Shown here piece after piece: positions 1-9,645 of a stretch of DNA of 64,000 nt. The notes beneath the pieces are model-generated. The model was not told where the DNA came from, searched no databases, and saw nothing but the letters and a program-made list of their open reading frames with translations. This DNA is from Burkholderiales bacterium (GTDB taxonomy: Bacteria; Pseudomonadota; Gammaproteobacteria; Burkholderiales; Burkholderiaceae_C): positions 74,786 to 138,785 of the forward strand of contig JADJDV010000001.1 in the NCBI GenBank assembly GCA_016702555.1, given 5' to 3'. The position numbers and the translations under genes are program-made. Numbering within the stretch: position 1 is the first letter of the stretch; the number at the start of each line of letters is the position of its first letter.

Positions 1-65
1 GCCTGGCGTGAACCGGGGCGCGCATCGGCCGAAGCCAGTCTGCCGCCGCCAACGATCGCGCTAGA

Positions 66-1076
66 TCAAGGGTTTGCCGGGCCGGTCGCGCTGCGTTCCC
101 ACGGCGGCAGCGGCTCGAATTCGGCCGCCAGCAGTTCCAGCAGCACCCGCACCTTGGGCGTGCGGCGGCGGCTGGGCGTGTAGCAGGCGTACAGGTGTGA
201 GCCGAACGGGGTGCGCGGCTCGACGTCGGCCAGCACGCGCTGCAGGCGGCCGGCGGCGGCGTGCGGGGCGGCCAGGTAGGTCGGCAGGATGGCCAGGCCC
301 CAGCCCGCCAGCGCCGCTTCCAGCAGGCAATCGGTGTTGTTGACGCGCAGGCGCGCGGTGGTGGCATGCACGTGCTCGCCGCCGCCGGGGGTGAGCAGAT
401 GCCAGCGGTGCGCCTCGGTCATCAGGTAGCTCAGGGTCTGGTGGTGGCTCAGCTCGGCCACGCTGGCGGGCAGGCCGTGCGCTTGCAGGTAGGCCGGTGA
501 GCCGTAGATGCCGCGGCCCAGGTTGGCGAGCTTGCGCGCCACCGCGTCCTGCGGCGGCGAGCGCGTCATGCGCAGCGCCAGGTCGATGTCGCTTTCTTCC
601 AGGTCAATCAACTGGTCGGTCAGGATCAGCTCGCAGACCAGACGCGGGTATTGCGCCGCCAGCCGCGGCAACAGCGGCGCCACGTGCAGGCGCCCGAAGG
701 TGATGGTGGCGCTGACACGCAGCACGCCATGCGGCTCATCGCCCAGGTTGCCGACCGCGAGCTGGGTCGCAGCCACGCTCTCCAGCGCCGCCAGCGCGTG
801 CTGGTGGAACACCTGGCCGGCCGGCGTCAGCGCCAGGCGGCGCGTGCTGCGCTCCAGCAGGCGCGTGCCGAAGCTGGACTCCAACTCGGCCACCTGCCGG
901 CTGACCTGGGCGCGCGTGCAGTCCAGCAGGCGCGCAGCGCCGGCCATGCTGCCGGCCTCGACCACCTTGACGAAGGTCTGCCAGGCCGACAGCCAGGGCA
1001 TGGGCCGCTCGGCCAGTCGATGCAGGCCGGCGGCAGTGGCAGAGCCGTGGGTGCGCGCGGCATGACCGGGTTTCAT
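66..1076 (-). CDS. LysR-family transcriptional regulator (CrgA/DmlR-like)
   Basis: HTH motif FVKVVEAGSMAGAARLL...RQVAELE and LysR substrate-binding domain. Start placed at the ATG at 1076 (alternative 1001) rather than 1154; divergent from an MFS gene. Confidence 0.9.
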   Translation of the reverse strand: MKPGHAARTHGSATAAGLHRLAERPMPWLSAWQTFVKVVEAGSMAGAARLLDCTRAQVSRQVAELESSFGTRLLERSTRRLALTPAGQVFHQHALAALESVAATQLAVGNLGDEPHGVLRVSATITFGRLHVAPLLPRLAAQYPRLVCELILTDQLIDLEESDIDLALRMTRSPPQDAVARKLANLGRGIYGSPAYLQAHGLPASVAELSHHQTLSYLMTEAHRWHLLTPGGGEHVHATTARLRVNNTDCLLEAALAGWGLAILPTYLAAPHAAAGRLQRVLADVEPRTPFGSHLYACYTPSRRRTPKVRVLLELLAAEFEPLPPWERSATGPANP

Positions 1077-1095
1077 TGTCAATGATTCGTTGACA
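1077..1095. promoter_or_regulatory. Inverted repeat TGTCAA-N7-TTGACA, candidate LysR binding site
   Basis: tgtcaatgattcgttgaca sits directly against the LysR start codon in the divergent LysR/MFS intergenic region. Confidence 0.5.
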
Positions 1096-1202
1096 TAGTG
1101 CGCCGGATTATGGGGTATTCCGTCCCCTGCGCAGGGCCTATGATCGGCCGACATTTTTCAGCGCGGCGCCTGGCGCACGCGGTTTTCTCCCGGATCTGAC
1201 CC

Positions 1203-2423
1203 ATGCTCGACACACTGCGGCGCAGCGGCGCGCTCGGCATCACACTGGCGGCCGCCGGCATCCTGATGGTGACCATGGGCGCGCGCCAGTCGCTCGGCCT
1301 GTTCGTCGGCCCGCTCAACACCAGCACCGGCCTGGGGATCGCCGCCATCAGCTTCGCGATGGCGGTGGCGCAGTTCAGCTGGGGTGCGGTGCAGCCGCTG
1401 GCTGGCGCGGCGGCCGATCGCTGGGGCCCGCGCCCGGTGCTGCTGGCGGGCATCCTGCTGCTGACGCTGGGCAGCGCCATCACGCCCTTCATGAGCAGCA
1501 CCTGGGGCCTGACCTTCGCCATCGGCCTGGTGTCGGCGATCGGCGCCGGCGCGGGCAGCTTCTCGGTGTTGATCGGCGCCGCCGCGCAGCGCATGGCGCC
1601 CGAGGCGCGCGGCGCCGCCTCGGGCGTGATCAATGCCGGTGGCTCGCTGGGGCAGTTCGTGTTCGCGCCACTGCTGCAGAAGCTGATCCAGTTGCTGGGC
1701 TGGATGGGCGCCATGTATTCGCTGGCGGTGATGACGCTGCTGGCGCTGCCCCTGGTGGGCCGCGTGACCAAGGGCAGCCAGGGCGGCCACGGCAGCGTGG
1801 CGGCGGTCAGCGAACCGGGCCTGCGCGCCACCGTCCGGAGCGCCATGGTCGACCGCAGCTACCTGCTGCTGCACGCGGGCTTTTTCACCTGCGGCTTTCA
1901 CATCGCCTTCCTGGTCACGCACCTGCCGACCGAAGTCGACCTGTGCGGCCTGCCGCCGTCGGTGGCGAGCTGGTCGCTGGCGCTGATCGGGCTGGCCAAC
2001 ATCGTCGGCAGCCTGTGGGTGGGTCATCTGGTGGGCCAGTACCGCAGCAAGATGATTCTGGCGCTGATGTACGCCAGCCGCGCCGTGCTGGTGCTGGTCT
2101 ACCTGGCGATGCCGCGCGAGCCCTGGGTGTTCTACCTGTTTGCCATCGGCCTGGGCCTGACCTGGCTGGCCACGGTGCCGCCGACGGCGGGCCTGTGCGC
2201 CAAGCTGTTCGGCGTACGCTACCTGGGCACGCTGTTCGGGTTGACGCTGCTGAGCCACCAGGTCGGCGGCTTTCTGGGCGCCTGGCTGGGCGGGCTGGCG
2301 ATCACGCGCTTTGGCGACTACACGTGGATGTGGTGGGCCGACATCGTGCTGGCGCTGCTGGCGGCGCTGCTCAACCTGCCGATCCGCGAGGCGCGGGTGC
2401 AGCGCGCGGTGGCGGCTGCCTGA
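1203..2423 (+). CDS. MFS transporter
   Basis: 406 aa, about 12 hydrophobic segments, GAAADRWGPRPV motif A. Confidence 0.92.
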   Translation: MLDTLRRSGALGITLAAAGILMVTMGARQSLGLFVGPLNTSTGLGIAAISFAMAVAQFSWGAVQPLAGAAADRWGPRPVLLAGILLLTLGSAITPFMSSTWGLTFAIGLVSAIGAGAGSFSVLIGAAAQRMAPEARGAASGVINAGGSLGQFVFAPLLQKLIQLLGWMGAMYSLAVMTLLALPLVGRVTKGSQGGHGSVAAVSEPGLRATVRSAMVDRSYLLLHAGFFTCGFHIAFLVTHLPTEVDLCGLPPSVASWSLALIGLANIVGSLWVGHLVGQYRSKMILALMYASRAVLVLVYLAMPREPWVFYLFAIGLGLTWLATVPPTAGLCAKLFGVRYLGTLFGLTLLSHQVGGFLGAWLGGLAITRFGDYTWMWWADIVLALLAALLNLPIREARVQRAVAAA

Positions 2424-2453
2424 GCCTGATGACTGCGCGCAGTCATCAAACCT

Positions 2454-3857
2454 TCATTCCGGCATCACGACCCGGCACGCCTTGCCGCTGCGTCCGCGCG
2501 GCAGATCGCAGCCCGGCTCGCCCAGCACCTCGATCGGCGCCGCGCCCTGCAGCGTGGCGAAGCGCTGCAAGGCCGTGGCGCAGCGATCGATGGCGGCCTT
2601 GGCCTCGGCGCCGCGCAGCGGCACGCGCAACACCAGGGTGCTGGCGCCGCGCTGCTGCAACTGGAAGTCGAACACCGCGCCCTCCTCCTCGATCACGGTG
2701 CACAGCGCCATCGGCAGCAGGCTGACGGTCTGGCCCGGGCGCCGCGCGGGCACGCGCAACACGTCGTCGCCGCGGCCCTGCACCTCGATCACCGGCAGCG
2801 CCGAGCCGCAGGCGCAGCGCTCCGCCCGCAGCGTCAGCTGGTCGCCCAGGTCGTAGCGGATCAGCGGCTGCACCAGGTTGGCCAGGTTGGTCAGCAGCAC
2901 GCTGTGCGAGGGCTGTCCGGGCGGCACCGGGCGATGCCGCTCGTCGACCGGCTCCAGCACCACCCAGTCCTCGTTCACGTGCAGGCACCCGTGCGCGCAC
3001 TCCCACGCGATCGGCAGGAATTCCGAGCTGCCGTAGCTGTTGCGCACCTGGGCATCGAAGGCGGCGGCGACGCGGGCGCGCACCGCCGCACTCAGCGTCT
3101 CGCCGCCGGTCAGCACGCAGCGCGGCCGGATGCGCAGGCGGCCGGCCTCGACCTCGTCGGCCAGCATGGCGGCGGCAGTGGGGTAGGTGGCCAGGATGGC
3201 GGGCTGGAACTCGTTCAGCGCCTGCACCAGCTCGGCGGTCGGCTGCAACAGGCTGAAGCTGCGCGCGGTGGCGGCCAGCCAGGGGTTGATGCGGCGCAGG
3301 CGCTCGAAGCTGACCACGCTGGCGAAATGCCCGCCGGTGGCGGTGACCAGCGCGCTGCGCTCGGTGGCGCCCAGCGCGGCCAGGGCGCCGAACAGGCCGC
3401 TGGCGCCACGCCCCGGCACCCGGTGGCGCACCGCCTCGAGCGCGTCGTACACCGCCATCGCGCGCGCGTCCTGCACGAACACGCCCGGCTCGCCGCTGGT
3501 GCCCGAGCTTTCCCACACCATGTAGCGGTCCAGCCAGGGATCGGCAACGCGCGTCGGATCGGCGGTGAACCCGCGCAATTCGTCCAGCCGCAGCGCCGGA
3601 TCGGTGACCCAGTCGTCGAAGTGCGCCATCAGCTCGGCACGCGTGACGGGCGGCAGGCGCGACAGCGCCGACGAGCGCGCGCGTCCGCTGCCCAGGCGCT
3701 CGGCATAAAAGGCCGAGTTGCGCGCCGCCTCCAGCAGGCGCAGCAGGCGCTGCTGCTGGCGCTGCAGCAGCAGCGAGGGCGTGGCGTGGCTGGCGGCCAT
3801 CACGTCCAGCGTGGCCGCCTGCAGATGCAGAGGGTCGAAAACGATGCTCATGGCCAA
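2454..3857 (-). CDS. Phenylacetate-CoA ligase-like (PaaK family) adenylate-forming enzyme
   Basis: SSGTSGEP P-loop, YGSSEF and LIRYDLGD motifs. Confidence 0.8.
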   Translation of the reverse strand: MAMSIVFDPLHLQAATLDVMAASHATPSLLLQRQQQRLLRLLEAARNSAFYAERLGSGRARSSALSRLPPVTRAELMAHFDDWVTDPALRLDELRGFTADPTRVADPWLDRYMVWESSGTSGEPGVFVQDARAMAVYDALEAVRHRVPGRGASGLFGALAALGATERSALVTATGGHFASVVSFERLRRINPWLAATARSFSLLQPTAELVQALNEFQPAILATYPTAAAMLADEVEAGRLRIRPRCVLTGGETLSAAVRARVAAAFDAQVRNSYGSSEFLPIAWECAHGCLHVNEDWVVLEPVDERHRPVPPGQPSHSVLLTNLANLVQPLIRYDLGDQLTLRAERCACGSALPVIEVQGRGDDVLRVPARRPGQTVSLLPMALCTVIEEEGAVFDFQLQQRGASTLVLRVPLRGAEAKAAIDRCATALQRFATLQGAAPIEVLGEPGCDLPRGRSGKACRVVMPE

Positions 3858-3992
3858 CCGCCCTCACGGCGAGCCGTGGCGCGCCAGCATGCAAGGCGGA
3901 TGCAGAGGCACATCCTGATCTCCTGTGGTGCGAACGCTGGCAATCGTCGCCAGCACTTGCCGCGTATCTTGACGATTGGGGGCAAGTCCGCC

Positions 3993-4006
3993 TTGACTTC
4001 GGTCAA
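3993..4006. promoter_or_regulatory. FNR/CRP-type box TTGAC-TTCG-GTCAA
   Basis: Perfect 5-4-5 palindrome between the divergent PaaK-like gene and phaC. Confidence 0.55.
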
Positions 4007-4143
4007 TGGACAACCCCCGGGCTGGTTTATTCTGGCGGGTCCGCGGCGCGCGGCGGGTCATGCCTCCGACACGGAGCCGACGCAGCCTACGCGCGGTGCC
4101 GACCGAGAATCCGCTTTGAGCCTCTTTCGCCCCTGAGATCGCC

Positions 4144-5967
4144 ATGCCACGCAAGACCACGCCCGCCAAGCCGACCCGCCCGATGTCGCACCGCCGCACT
4201 CCCGGGCCGCGCAGCGCCGTCGAATCCGCCGACCCGGCGCGGCGCACGGAAACCGACACCGAACGGCTCGACCGGCTGATACAGACCGCGGTGGCACCGC
4301 TGGCCGGCAACCTGTCGCCGATCGCGCTCAGCCTGGCCTTCGCCGACTGGGCCTGGCACCTGGCGGCCTCGCCCGGGCGTCAGCTGGAGCTGACGACACT
4401 GGCGGCGCAACTGGCCAGCGACACGCTGCACACGCCCTTGCACGGTGCCGAGGACGGCGCCGCACCCAACGGCGACCCACGCTTTCGCGCCGAAGCCTGG
4501 GGCCAGTGGCCGTTCAGCCTGTGGCGCGCAGCCTTCAACAACGCCGAGGCGTTCTGGCGCGAGGCCGCGCGGGTGCCCGGCGTGAGCGAGCACCACACGG
4601 CGCTGGTCGACTTCTTCGCACGCCAGTACCTGGACATGATGTCGCCGGCCAACCGCCTGCTGACCAACCCGGTGGTGCTGAAGAACGCCATCGACAGCGG
4701 CGGCACCGCGCTGGCGCAGGGCTGGCAGAACTGGCTGGCCGACGCCACCGGCGTGCCGACGGCCGAGGACATCGCCAACCAGGGCCGCTTCGTGGTGGGC
4801 GGCAACGTGGCCACCACGCCCGGCAAGGTGGTGTTCCGCAACCACCTGATCGAGCTGATCCGCTACGCGCCGCAGACGCGACAGGTGCACACCGAGCCGC
4901 TGCTGATCGTGCCGTCGTGGATCATGAAGTTCTACATCCTCGACCTGTCGCCGCACAACTCGATGGTGCGCTACCTGGTCGAACAGGGTCACACCGTCTA
5001 CATGATCTCCTGGCGCAACCCGGACGAGTCGGACCGTGAACTGAGCATGGACAACTACCTGCAGATGGGCGTGCTCGACGCCATCGGCGCCGTGGGCGAG
5101 GACGCCGACGCCGCGCAGATCCACGCCATGGGCTACTGCCTGGGCGGCACGCTGCTGGCCATGGCCGCCGCCGCGCTGGCGCGCACCGAGGGCGTGGCCG
5201 GCTACGCGCATCTGCCGGCACTGAAGACGCTCAGCCTCTTGGCGGCGCAGGTCGACTTCTCCGAGCCCGGCGAGCTGGGCCTGTTCATCGACGAAAGCCA
5301 GGTCAACCTGCTCGACCACCTGACCAAGGGCCAGGGTTTTCTCAAGGGCTCGCAGATGGCGGGCTCGTTCCAGTTCCTGCATTCGCGCGACCTGGTCTGG
5401 ACGCGCCGCATGCGCGAATACCTGATGGGCGAGCGCGACCAGGGCAACGACCTGATGGCATGGAACGCCGACACCACGCGGCTGCCGGCGCGCATGCACC
5501 ACGAGTACCTGGTCGCGCTGTACCTGAAGAACGCGCTGGCGCACGGCCGCTACATGGTCGGCGACAGCTCGATCTCGATGAACGACCTGGAGCTGCCGAT
5601 CTTCATGGTCGGGACCGAGCGCGACCACGTCTCGCCCTGGCGCTCGGTCTACAAGCTGCACCACCTGACCGACGCCGAGATCACCTTCGTGCTCACCAGC
5701 GGCGGCCACAACGCCGGCATCGTCTCCGAGCCCGGCCACCCGCGGCGGCGCCACCAGATCGCCACCCGCCCCGCGCACGGGCGCTGGCTCGACGCCGACC
5801 ACTGGCTCCAGACCGCCCAGCGGCACGAGGGCTCGTGGTGGCCTGCCTGGCAACAGTGGCTGGCGACGCACTCATCGGCGCCGGTCAGGGCCCGGGCAAT
5901 TCCCGCCAACCGCGCCGTCTGCGACGCGCCGGGTGAGTATGTGATGCAGCGCTACGCGGGCGACTGA
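4144..5967 (+). CDS. phaC: Poly(3-hydroxyalkanoate) synthase, class I type
   Basis: Lipase-box-like GYCLGG, PSWIMKFYILDL, catalytic D (ERDHV) and H (GGHNAG), GSWWPAW. Confidence 0.9.
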   Translation: MPRKTTPAKPTRPMSHRRTPGPRSAVESADPARRTETDTERLDRLIQTAVAPLAGNLSPIALSLAFADWAWHLAASPGRQLELTTLAAQLASDTLHTPLHGAEDGAAPNGDPRFRAEAWGQWPFSLWRAAFNNAEAFWREAARVPGVSEHHTALVDFFARQYLDMMSPANRLLTNPVVLKNAIDSGGTALAQGWQNWLADATGVPTAEDIANQGRFVVGGNVATTPGKVVFRNHLIELIRYAPQTRQVHTEPLLIVPSWIMKFYILDLSPHNSMVRYLVEQGHTVYMISWRNPDESDRELSMDNYLQMGVLDAIGAVGEDADAAQIHAMGYCLGGTLLAMAAAALARTEGVAGYAHLPALKTLSLLAAQVDFSEPGELGLFIDESQVNLLDHLTKGQGFLKGSQMAGSFQFLHSRDLVWTRRMREYLMGERDQGNDLMAWNADTTRLPARMHHEYLVALYLKNALAHGRYMVGDSSISMNDLELPIFMVGTERDHVSPWRSVYKLHHLTDAEITFVLTSGGHNAGIVSEPGHPRRRHQIATRPAHGRWLDADHWLQTAQRHEGSWWPAWQQWLATHSSAPVRARAIPANRAVCDAPGEYVMQRYAGD

Positions 5968-6144
5968 GGCACCGGTGCGCCGGCATTGGCAGAACCCAAG
6001 CAAGGATTTGATCAATCGCAAATCAGGCTGGAATCGCGGAATCCGTCGCGTGATTTGCCTTGCAGTGTCGCGCGATTCATGTCTCGCCTCCCGTGCCAGC
6101 CGACGTGAGACACTGCGGCCGTTGACACTGCGCGGTTCGCACCC

Positions 6145-6495
6145 ATGGCCTGGCTTGCCACCAAATACCTCGTCACCGCCGCCTTGGTGGTGCTGATCTC
6201 CGAAGCCGCCAAGCGCAGCGACCGCCTGGGCGGCCTGATCGCCGCGCTGCCCCTGGTCACCGTGCTCACGCTGATCTGGCTGTACGCTGAAAAGCAACCG
6301 GCCGAGCGCATCAGCAAGCACGCGTACTACACCTTCTGGTACGTGCTGCCCACGCTGCCCATGTTTGCGCTGTTCCCGGCCATGCACCGCGCCTGGGGAT
6401 TCTGGGGGGCGCTGGCGAGCAGTGCGCTGCTCACCGTCGCCTGCTTCGCCGCGCTGGCCTGGGTGCTGCGGCGCTTGGGGCTTGAGTTGATGTGA
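6145..6495 (+). CDS. Small membrane protein (DUF3147-like)
   Basis: KYLVTAALVVLISEAAKRS...GGLIAALPLV pattern, 116 aa hydrophobic. Confidence 0.75.
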   Translation: MAWLATKYLVTAALVVLISEAAKRSDRLGGLIAALPLVTVLTLIWLYAEKQPAERISKHAYYTFWYVLPTLPMFALFPAMHRAWGFWGALASSALLTVACFAALAWVLRRLGLELM

Positions 6496-6534
6496 GGCGC
6501 GCACCCGCCCAGCGGCCCAGCAGCGTGCGGGCGC

Positions 6535-9500
6535 TCAGGCGTGCGGCGCCGGTTGGGCTTCGGTCGGTAGATTGACGGGGGCCGTGTTGGCGCCCGGCAC
6601 GCGCTGGCGCGCCAGCATGGCGTACATGGTGGGCACGACGAAGAGGGTGAGCAGCGTGCCCAGGCTCATGCCGCCGACGATGACCCAGCCGATCTGGCGC
6701 CGGCTTTCGGCGCCCGCACCCGTGGCCAGCGCCAGCGGAACCGCGCCCAGCACCATGGCGCCGGTGGTCATCAAAATGGGGCGCAGGCGCTGCGCGCTGG
6801 CGTGGATCAGCGCCTCCAACATCGGCTCGCCGCGCTGGCGCAACTGGTTGGTGAACTCGACGATCAGGATGCCGTGCTTGGTGACCAAACCCACCAGCGT
6901 GATCAGGCCGATCTGCGAGTACACGTTGAGCGAGCCGCCGGTGAACTTCAGCGCCAGCAGCGCCCCGATCATCGACAGCGGCACCGAGAACATGATGATC
7001 AGCGGATCGACAAAGCTCTCGAACTGCGCGGCCAGCACCAGAAAGATGAACAGCAGCGCCAGCACAAACACCACCATCAGCGCGCCCTGGCTGGAGCGGA
7101 ACTCGCGCGAGATGCCGTTCAAGTCGGTCGTGTAGCCGCTTTTCAGCACCTGGTTTGCGGTCTGGTCGAGAAAGGCCAGCGCCTCGCCCAGCGAATAGTC
7201 GGCCGCCAGGTTGGCGGTGAGCGTGGCCGAGCGGCGCTGGCCGAAGTGGTTCAGCTCGCGCGGGGCCACGCTTTCGTGCACCTTGACCAGTGCGGACAGC
7301 GGCACCATGGCGTCCACGCCGCCCTTGCTGGCGCGCAGCTGGATGCGGTCGATGTCCTCGGGCGTGCTGCGGCCGGTGGCAGCCGTCTGCACGATCACGT
7401 CGTACTGCTCGGCATCGCGCTTGTAGCGCGTGACCTGGCGGCCGCCCAGCATGGTTTCGATGGCGCGCGCCACGGCTTCGACGCTCACCCCCAGGTCGGC
7501 CGCGCGCTCGCGGTCCACCTCCACGCGCAGCTCGGGTTTCGACAGCCGCAAGTCCACATCGGGCGCGACAAGGCCAGGGTTCTTGGCCACCTCGTCCATC
7601 AGCTTGCGCATCACGGTGTTGAGGTTCGCGTAGCTGTCGGACGTCTGCACCACGAAGTTGACCGGCCGCTCGCGAAAGCCCTGGCCGAGCGACGGCGGCG
7701 TGACCGGAAAGGCGTTGACGCCCGCCAGCTGGTTGAACCTGGGCTGCAGTTCGCGCGCGATGTCGAGTGTGGAGCGCGTGCGCTCTGACCAATCCACCGC
7801 GCGGTACACCACGCTGCCCTGCGACACGCTGGGGTTGCCGATGTTGGCGAAGATGCTGGCGAACTCGGGGTATTGCTGGCCAATGGCTTCCAGCTGGCGC
7901 GCGTAGCGGTCGGTGTAGTCCAGCGTGGCGCCGTCGGGCGCGTTGATGTTGGCCAGGATGACGCCGCGGTCTTCCAGCGGCGACAGCTCTTGCCGCATGT
8001 TGGGGTAGATCATCGCAATGGCCACGGCACAGCCGGCCATCACCGCCAGCACCCCCCAGCGCCCGCCCGTCAGCACGCGGCGCAGCAGGCGGCCGTAGCC
8101 ATTGGACAGCGCCGTCAGCCAGCGCTCCATGCTGCGGTCGAACCAGTTGGGCTGGGGGTTGTGCTTGAGCAGCAGCGAGCACAGCATGGGCGACAGCGTC
8201 AGCGCCACAAAGCCCGACACCACCACGGCGCCGGCCAGCGCCAGCGCGAATTCGACAAACAAGCGCCCGGTGCGCCCCGGCGTGAAGGCCAGCGGCGCGA
8301 ACACCGCCGCCAGCGTCAGCGTCATGGCGACGATGGCAAAGCCGATTTCCTTGGCGCCGTGGATGGCGGCGGCAAAGGGCGCCATGCCTTCTTCGATGTG
8401 GCGGTAGATGTTCTCCAGCATCACGATGGCGTCGTCCACCACCAGGCCGATGGCCAGCACCAGCGCCAGCAGCGTCAGCGTGTTGATCGAAAAGCCCGCC
8501 AGCTGCATCAGCGCGAACGAGCCGATCAGGCTGACCGGAATCGTGACGATGGGAATGATGGACGCGCGCACCGTGCGCAAGAAGACAAAGATGACCAGCG
8601 CCACCAGCGCCACCGCTTCGGCAATGGTCTGGTACACGCTTTTCACCGCGCGGTCGATGAATACCGAGTTGTCGTTGGCGATCTCGATCTTGACGTCGGG
8701 CGGCATGTCTTCCTGCAGGCGCGGCAACATCTCGCGCACGCCCTTGGACAGCTCCAGCGGGTTGGCGGTGGCCTGGCGGATCACGCCGGCCGAGATCGAC
8801 GGCCGGCCGTTCAGCCGCACGGCGCTGCGCTCGTCGGCGGCGCCCTCCTCCACCCGGCCCACGTCGCGCACGCGCACCGGAAAACCGCCCACGTTCCTGA
8901 CCACGATGTCGCTGAACTGCGCTGGTGTCGTCAGGTCGGTGTGCGAGATGACGGAGAACTCGCGCTGCTGTGATTCGATGCGGCCGGCGGGCAGCTCCAG
9001 GTTGCTGCGGCGGATGGCGTCTTCGACATCCTGCGTGGTCAGCTTGTAGGCGGCCAGCTTGTCGGCGTCGAGCCAGACGCGCATGGCGAACTTGCGCTCG
9101 CCAAAAATGCGCACGTCGGCCACGCCGGTCACGGTTTGCAGGCGTGCCTTGACGATGCGGTTGACCAGGTCGTTGATGTCCAGCCGCGATCGCGTGTCGC
9201 TGGAGAAGGCCAGCCACACGACCGGGAAGGCATCGGCCTCGACCTTGGCGATGACCGGCTCGTCAATGGCCTGCGGCAGCTTGTTGCGCACGCGCGAGAC
9301 GCGGTCGCGCACCTCGGCGGCGGCGGTGTCGGCATCTTTCTCGAGCCGAAAGCGCACGCTGATCTGCGCCTGCTCGGGGCGGCTGATGGAGGTCAGCACA
9401 TCGACCGCGTCGATGCCGGCAATCGAGTCTTCCAGCGGCTTGGTCACCTGCGACTCGATCACCTCGGCCGAGGCGCCGGCGTAGCGCACGCTCACCGTCA

Positions 9501-9633
9501 CCACCGGCTCGTCGATCTTGGGGTATTCGCGCACCGCCAGCCGCGTGTAGCTGACGGCGCCGATCAGCAGGATCAGCAGCGACAGCACGGTGGCGAACAC
9601 CGGGCGGCGGATGGAGATTTCGGCGATCTGCAT
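6535..9633 (-). CDS. RND efflux permease (AcrB family)
   Basis: 1032 aa; SIRRPVFA N-terminus, GLVVDDAIVMLENI, RLRPILMTT. Confidence 0.96.
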   Translation of the reverse strand: MQIAEISIRRPVFATVLSLLILLIGAVSYTRLAVREYPKIDEPVVTVSVRYAGASAEVIESQVTKPLEDSIAGIDAVDVLTSISRPEQAQISVRFRLEKDADTAAAEVRDRVSRVRNKLPQAIDEPVIAKVEADAFPVVWLAFSSDTRSRLDINDLVNRIVKARLQTVTGVADVRIFGERKFAMRVWLDADKLAAYKLTTQDVEDAIRRSNLELPAGRIESQQREFSVISHTDLTTPAQFSDIVVRNVGGFPVRVRDVGRVEEGAADERSAVRLNGRPSISAGVIRQATANPLELSKGVREMLPRLQEDMPPDVKIEIANDNSVFIDRAVKSVYQTIAEAVALVALVIFVFLRTVRASIIPIVTIPVSLIGSFALMQLAGFSINTLTLLALVLAIGLVVDDAIVMLENIYRHIEEGMAPFAAAIHGAKEIGFAIVAMTLTLAAVFAPLAFTPGRTGRLFVEFALALAGAVVVSGFVALTLSPMLCSLLLKHNPQPNWFDRSMERWLTALSNGYGRLLRRVLTGGRWGVLAVMAGCAVAIAMIYPNMRQELSPLEDRGVILANINAPDGATLDYTDRYARQLEAIGQQYPEFASIFANIGNPSVSQGSVVYRAVDWSERTRSTLDIARELQPRFNQLAGVNAFPVTPPSLGQGFRERPVNFVVQTSDSYANLNTVMRKLMDEVAKNPGLVAPDVDLRLSKPELRVEVDRERAADLGVSVEAVARAIETMLGGRQVTRYKRDAEQYDVIVQTAATGRSTPEDIDRIQLRASKGGVDAMVPLSALVKVHESVAPRELNHFGQRRSATLTANLAADYSLGEALAFLDQTANQVLKSGYTTDLNGISREFRSSQGALMVVFVLALLFIFLVLAAQFESFVDPLIIMFSVPLSMIGALLALKFTGGSLNVYSQIGLITLVGLVTKHGILIVEFTNQLRQRGEPMLEALIHASAQRLRPILMTTGAMVLGAVPLALATGAGAESRRQIGWVIVGGMSLGTLLTLFVVPTMYAMLARQRVPGANTAPVNLPTEAQPAPHA

Positions 9634-9645
9634 GGCCGTGGCCGG

